A stretch of DNA of 64,000 nucleotides from Adineta vaga (lineage: Eukaryota; Animalia; Rotifera). The translations under genes and the position numbers were made by a program. This document shows positions 62,423 through 64,000 of this stretch, piece after piece (the first letter of the stretch is position 1; every line of letters starts with the position of its first letter). The stretch lies in the NCBI GenBank assembly GCA_021613535.1, contig CP075492.1:5146001-5210000 (forward strand). Direction: 5' to 3'. Below the pieces are notes generated by a model. That model saw only the letters and a program-made list of their open reading frames with translations, did not search any database and was not told where the DNA came from.

Positions 62423-64000
62423 TTATATATGCGTATCTTCAGTAGTAGTTGTTGTTGAACTCTCGGGCAAAGTCTTGTCGCTACGCTGTAAACCAAATGA
62501 TGAGCTACGTCGACCAACAGATTTCTTTTCTTCTGTTGGAACATGTGTGGAATTTACAAGTGGGGTAAAAGATATAGCTCGATCACGTATTTTATCATTT
62601 GTTTCAGTGGAAGGCTTAATACTTGCTTCCAATTGATAAACACAATCAGCTTTTTCTAATTCTTGTGTCAAAAAGTCAATTTGTTTACCGCCAGGTTTGG
62701 GTATTGATGGAGGTCGATCAGACTTTTGTTTCTTTTCCAAAAAATCTGCACGAACAGCTGCTAACCAATGTTTTCGACGAATACGTAAAATTTGCAAATT
62801 TTCACAAACTCGCAGACCAAAATCGGGTACAAATGGTCGAACATGATGATCTTTAGCATGTAAAATACCTTCGACTTGATTACTTGAATCCTTTAAAAAG
62901 AGACACATTAATTTCAAATGACACTAAAATGATCATCAATAATACTTACACAGAGTAATGCGCTTACACCAAAATAAGAAAATGGACCAACTATACTGAC
63001 AATTTTCTCTTTCCCAGTTACTAATTCGGCTTGTCCATTGAGAATCAGTACAAAATAATCAACTGGTTTTCCATATTCATAAATGTAAGTAGGATTATCC
63101 TTTTTATTTTTGTCTTCATCATAATCAAATTGTTGATAGAAATGTGTATTTAATAAACGAATAAGAATATCGGATGACATGAATCGTGAAGTAAATGGTT
63201 GAACAGCTTTAGAAAAAAGATTTCATTACCGATAGAGTATAGAATGATATACATTCGACTAACTTACTTATTGAAAGAAATTGAAAAATAGCAACTTTCA
63301 TTTGAGCTGATACATTCGTTGTATCATCTGTTGCATCCGGTTGACGCATGAATGCCGAAAAGTTAGGCGCTTGCGACAAAATATTTCGTACTCTACGACG
63401 ATTATCAGCTGTAATAGATTTCAATATTTCTTTATCAAATGATATCTGATAAGATTCAATAACTTACTAAAGACATCGGTTTCATCGACAATTTCTTCTT
63501 GAATCATTTCCTCAATAATATCTTCCAATGTCACAATACCAATTGCTCCTGGTTTTGGATCTTTTTCACTACTCGTATCAAGTTCAACAACAACACCCAT
63601 ATGATACTGTTCTAAAATATTTCATGATATTAACATAACACTGATCCTTACTGATATTACCTCGTTTAAGCGTACTAAATATATCATAACACGACTCATC
63701 GGGTAGAATCATTTTGGCATAACGACGATTGTAGAAAGTCATTACATTTCTTACTGTAAATTTCCCAAATTCGGTATCAAGTACAGCAAAATCACGAAAA
63801 TTTACTAAACCAATAATATTTTCACTAAAAAAAAACAGATCGATACACACTATTTTAATTAGAAAAATATATTTGTTCGATTTTTTACCGCTGTTTGTCA
63901 TACACTGGTATACGTGAATATCCATAACCATGTACAGTTAAAATTAGTTCATCATCAACAATTTGATCAGCTTCAAGCATGAAAACATCAATTAAATTGG
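62423..64000 (-). CDS. CNNM: CNNM-family metal transporter, 3' part (CBS pair + cNMP-binding-homology domain), multi-exon
   Basis: [46 protein letters not shown]. The 5' end lies outside the window. Confidence 0.88.

Noticed and set aside
1-64000. CRISPR arrays, rRNA/tRNA genes, prokaryotic operons or bacterial contamination
   Set aside because: No regularly spaced repeat-spacer array or RNA gene recognised. Bacterial-like genes are interleaved with spliced animal genes.

Overview
AT-rich (about 70% by eye) eukaryotic DNA with compact genes and short (about 50-65 nt) GT-AG introns. It is most consistent with a bdelloid rotifer (Adineta-like). This is an inference from the intron sizes, the families present (NHL/EGF, F-box-LRR, FG-GAP, ankyrin/TPR-ADP-ribosyltransferases, intronless class-A GPCR) and short TGTGGG/TGAGGG tracts. 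The window mixes ordinary animal genes (ABCC4-like, CAP, TRAF-like, CD225, CNNM, cathepsin L-like) with several non-metazoan-type genes (SDR, Methyltransf_24, ICMT-family, hydantoinase-DUF917 fusion, GadA/B-type glutamate decarboxylase, GEVED-like domains) and many decaying paralogs. Highlights: (1) a type II membrane protein built from four bacterial-type GEVED-like domains, one per phase-1 exon, with the third exon inactivated but skippable in frame; (2) a papain-family protease with three precisely spaced 36-aa six-cysteine repeats between the propeptide and the mature enzyme; (3) an arginine-type ADP-ribosyltransferase locus with a probable recent gene-conversion tract and an unrecognised C-terminal repeat. 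All family calls come from motif recognition by eye; no database searches were run.
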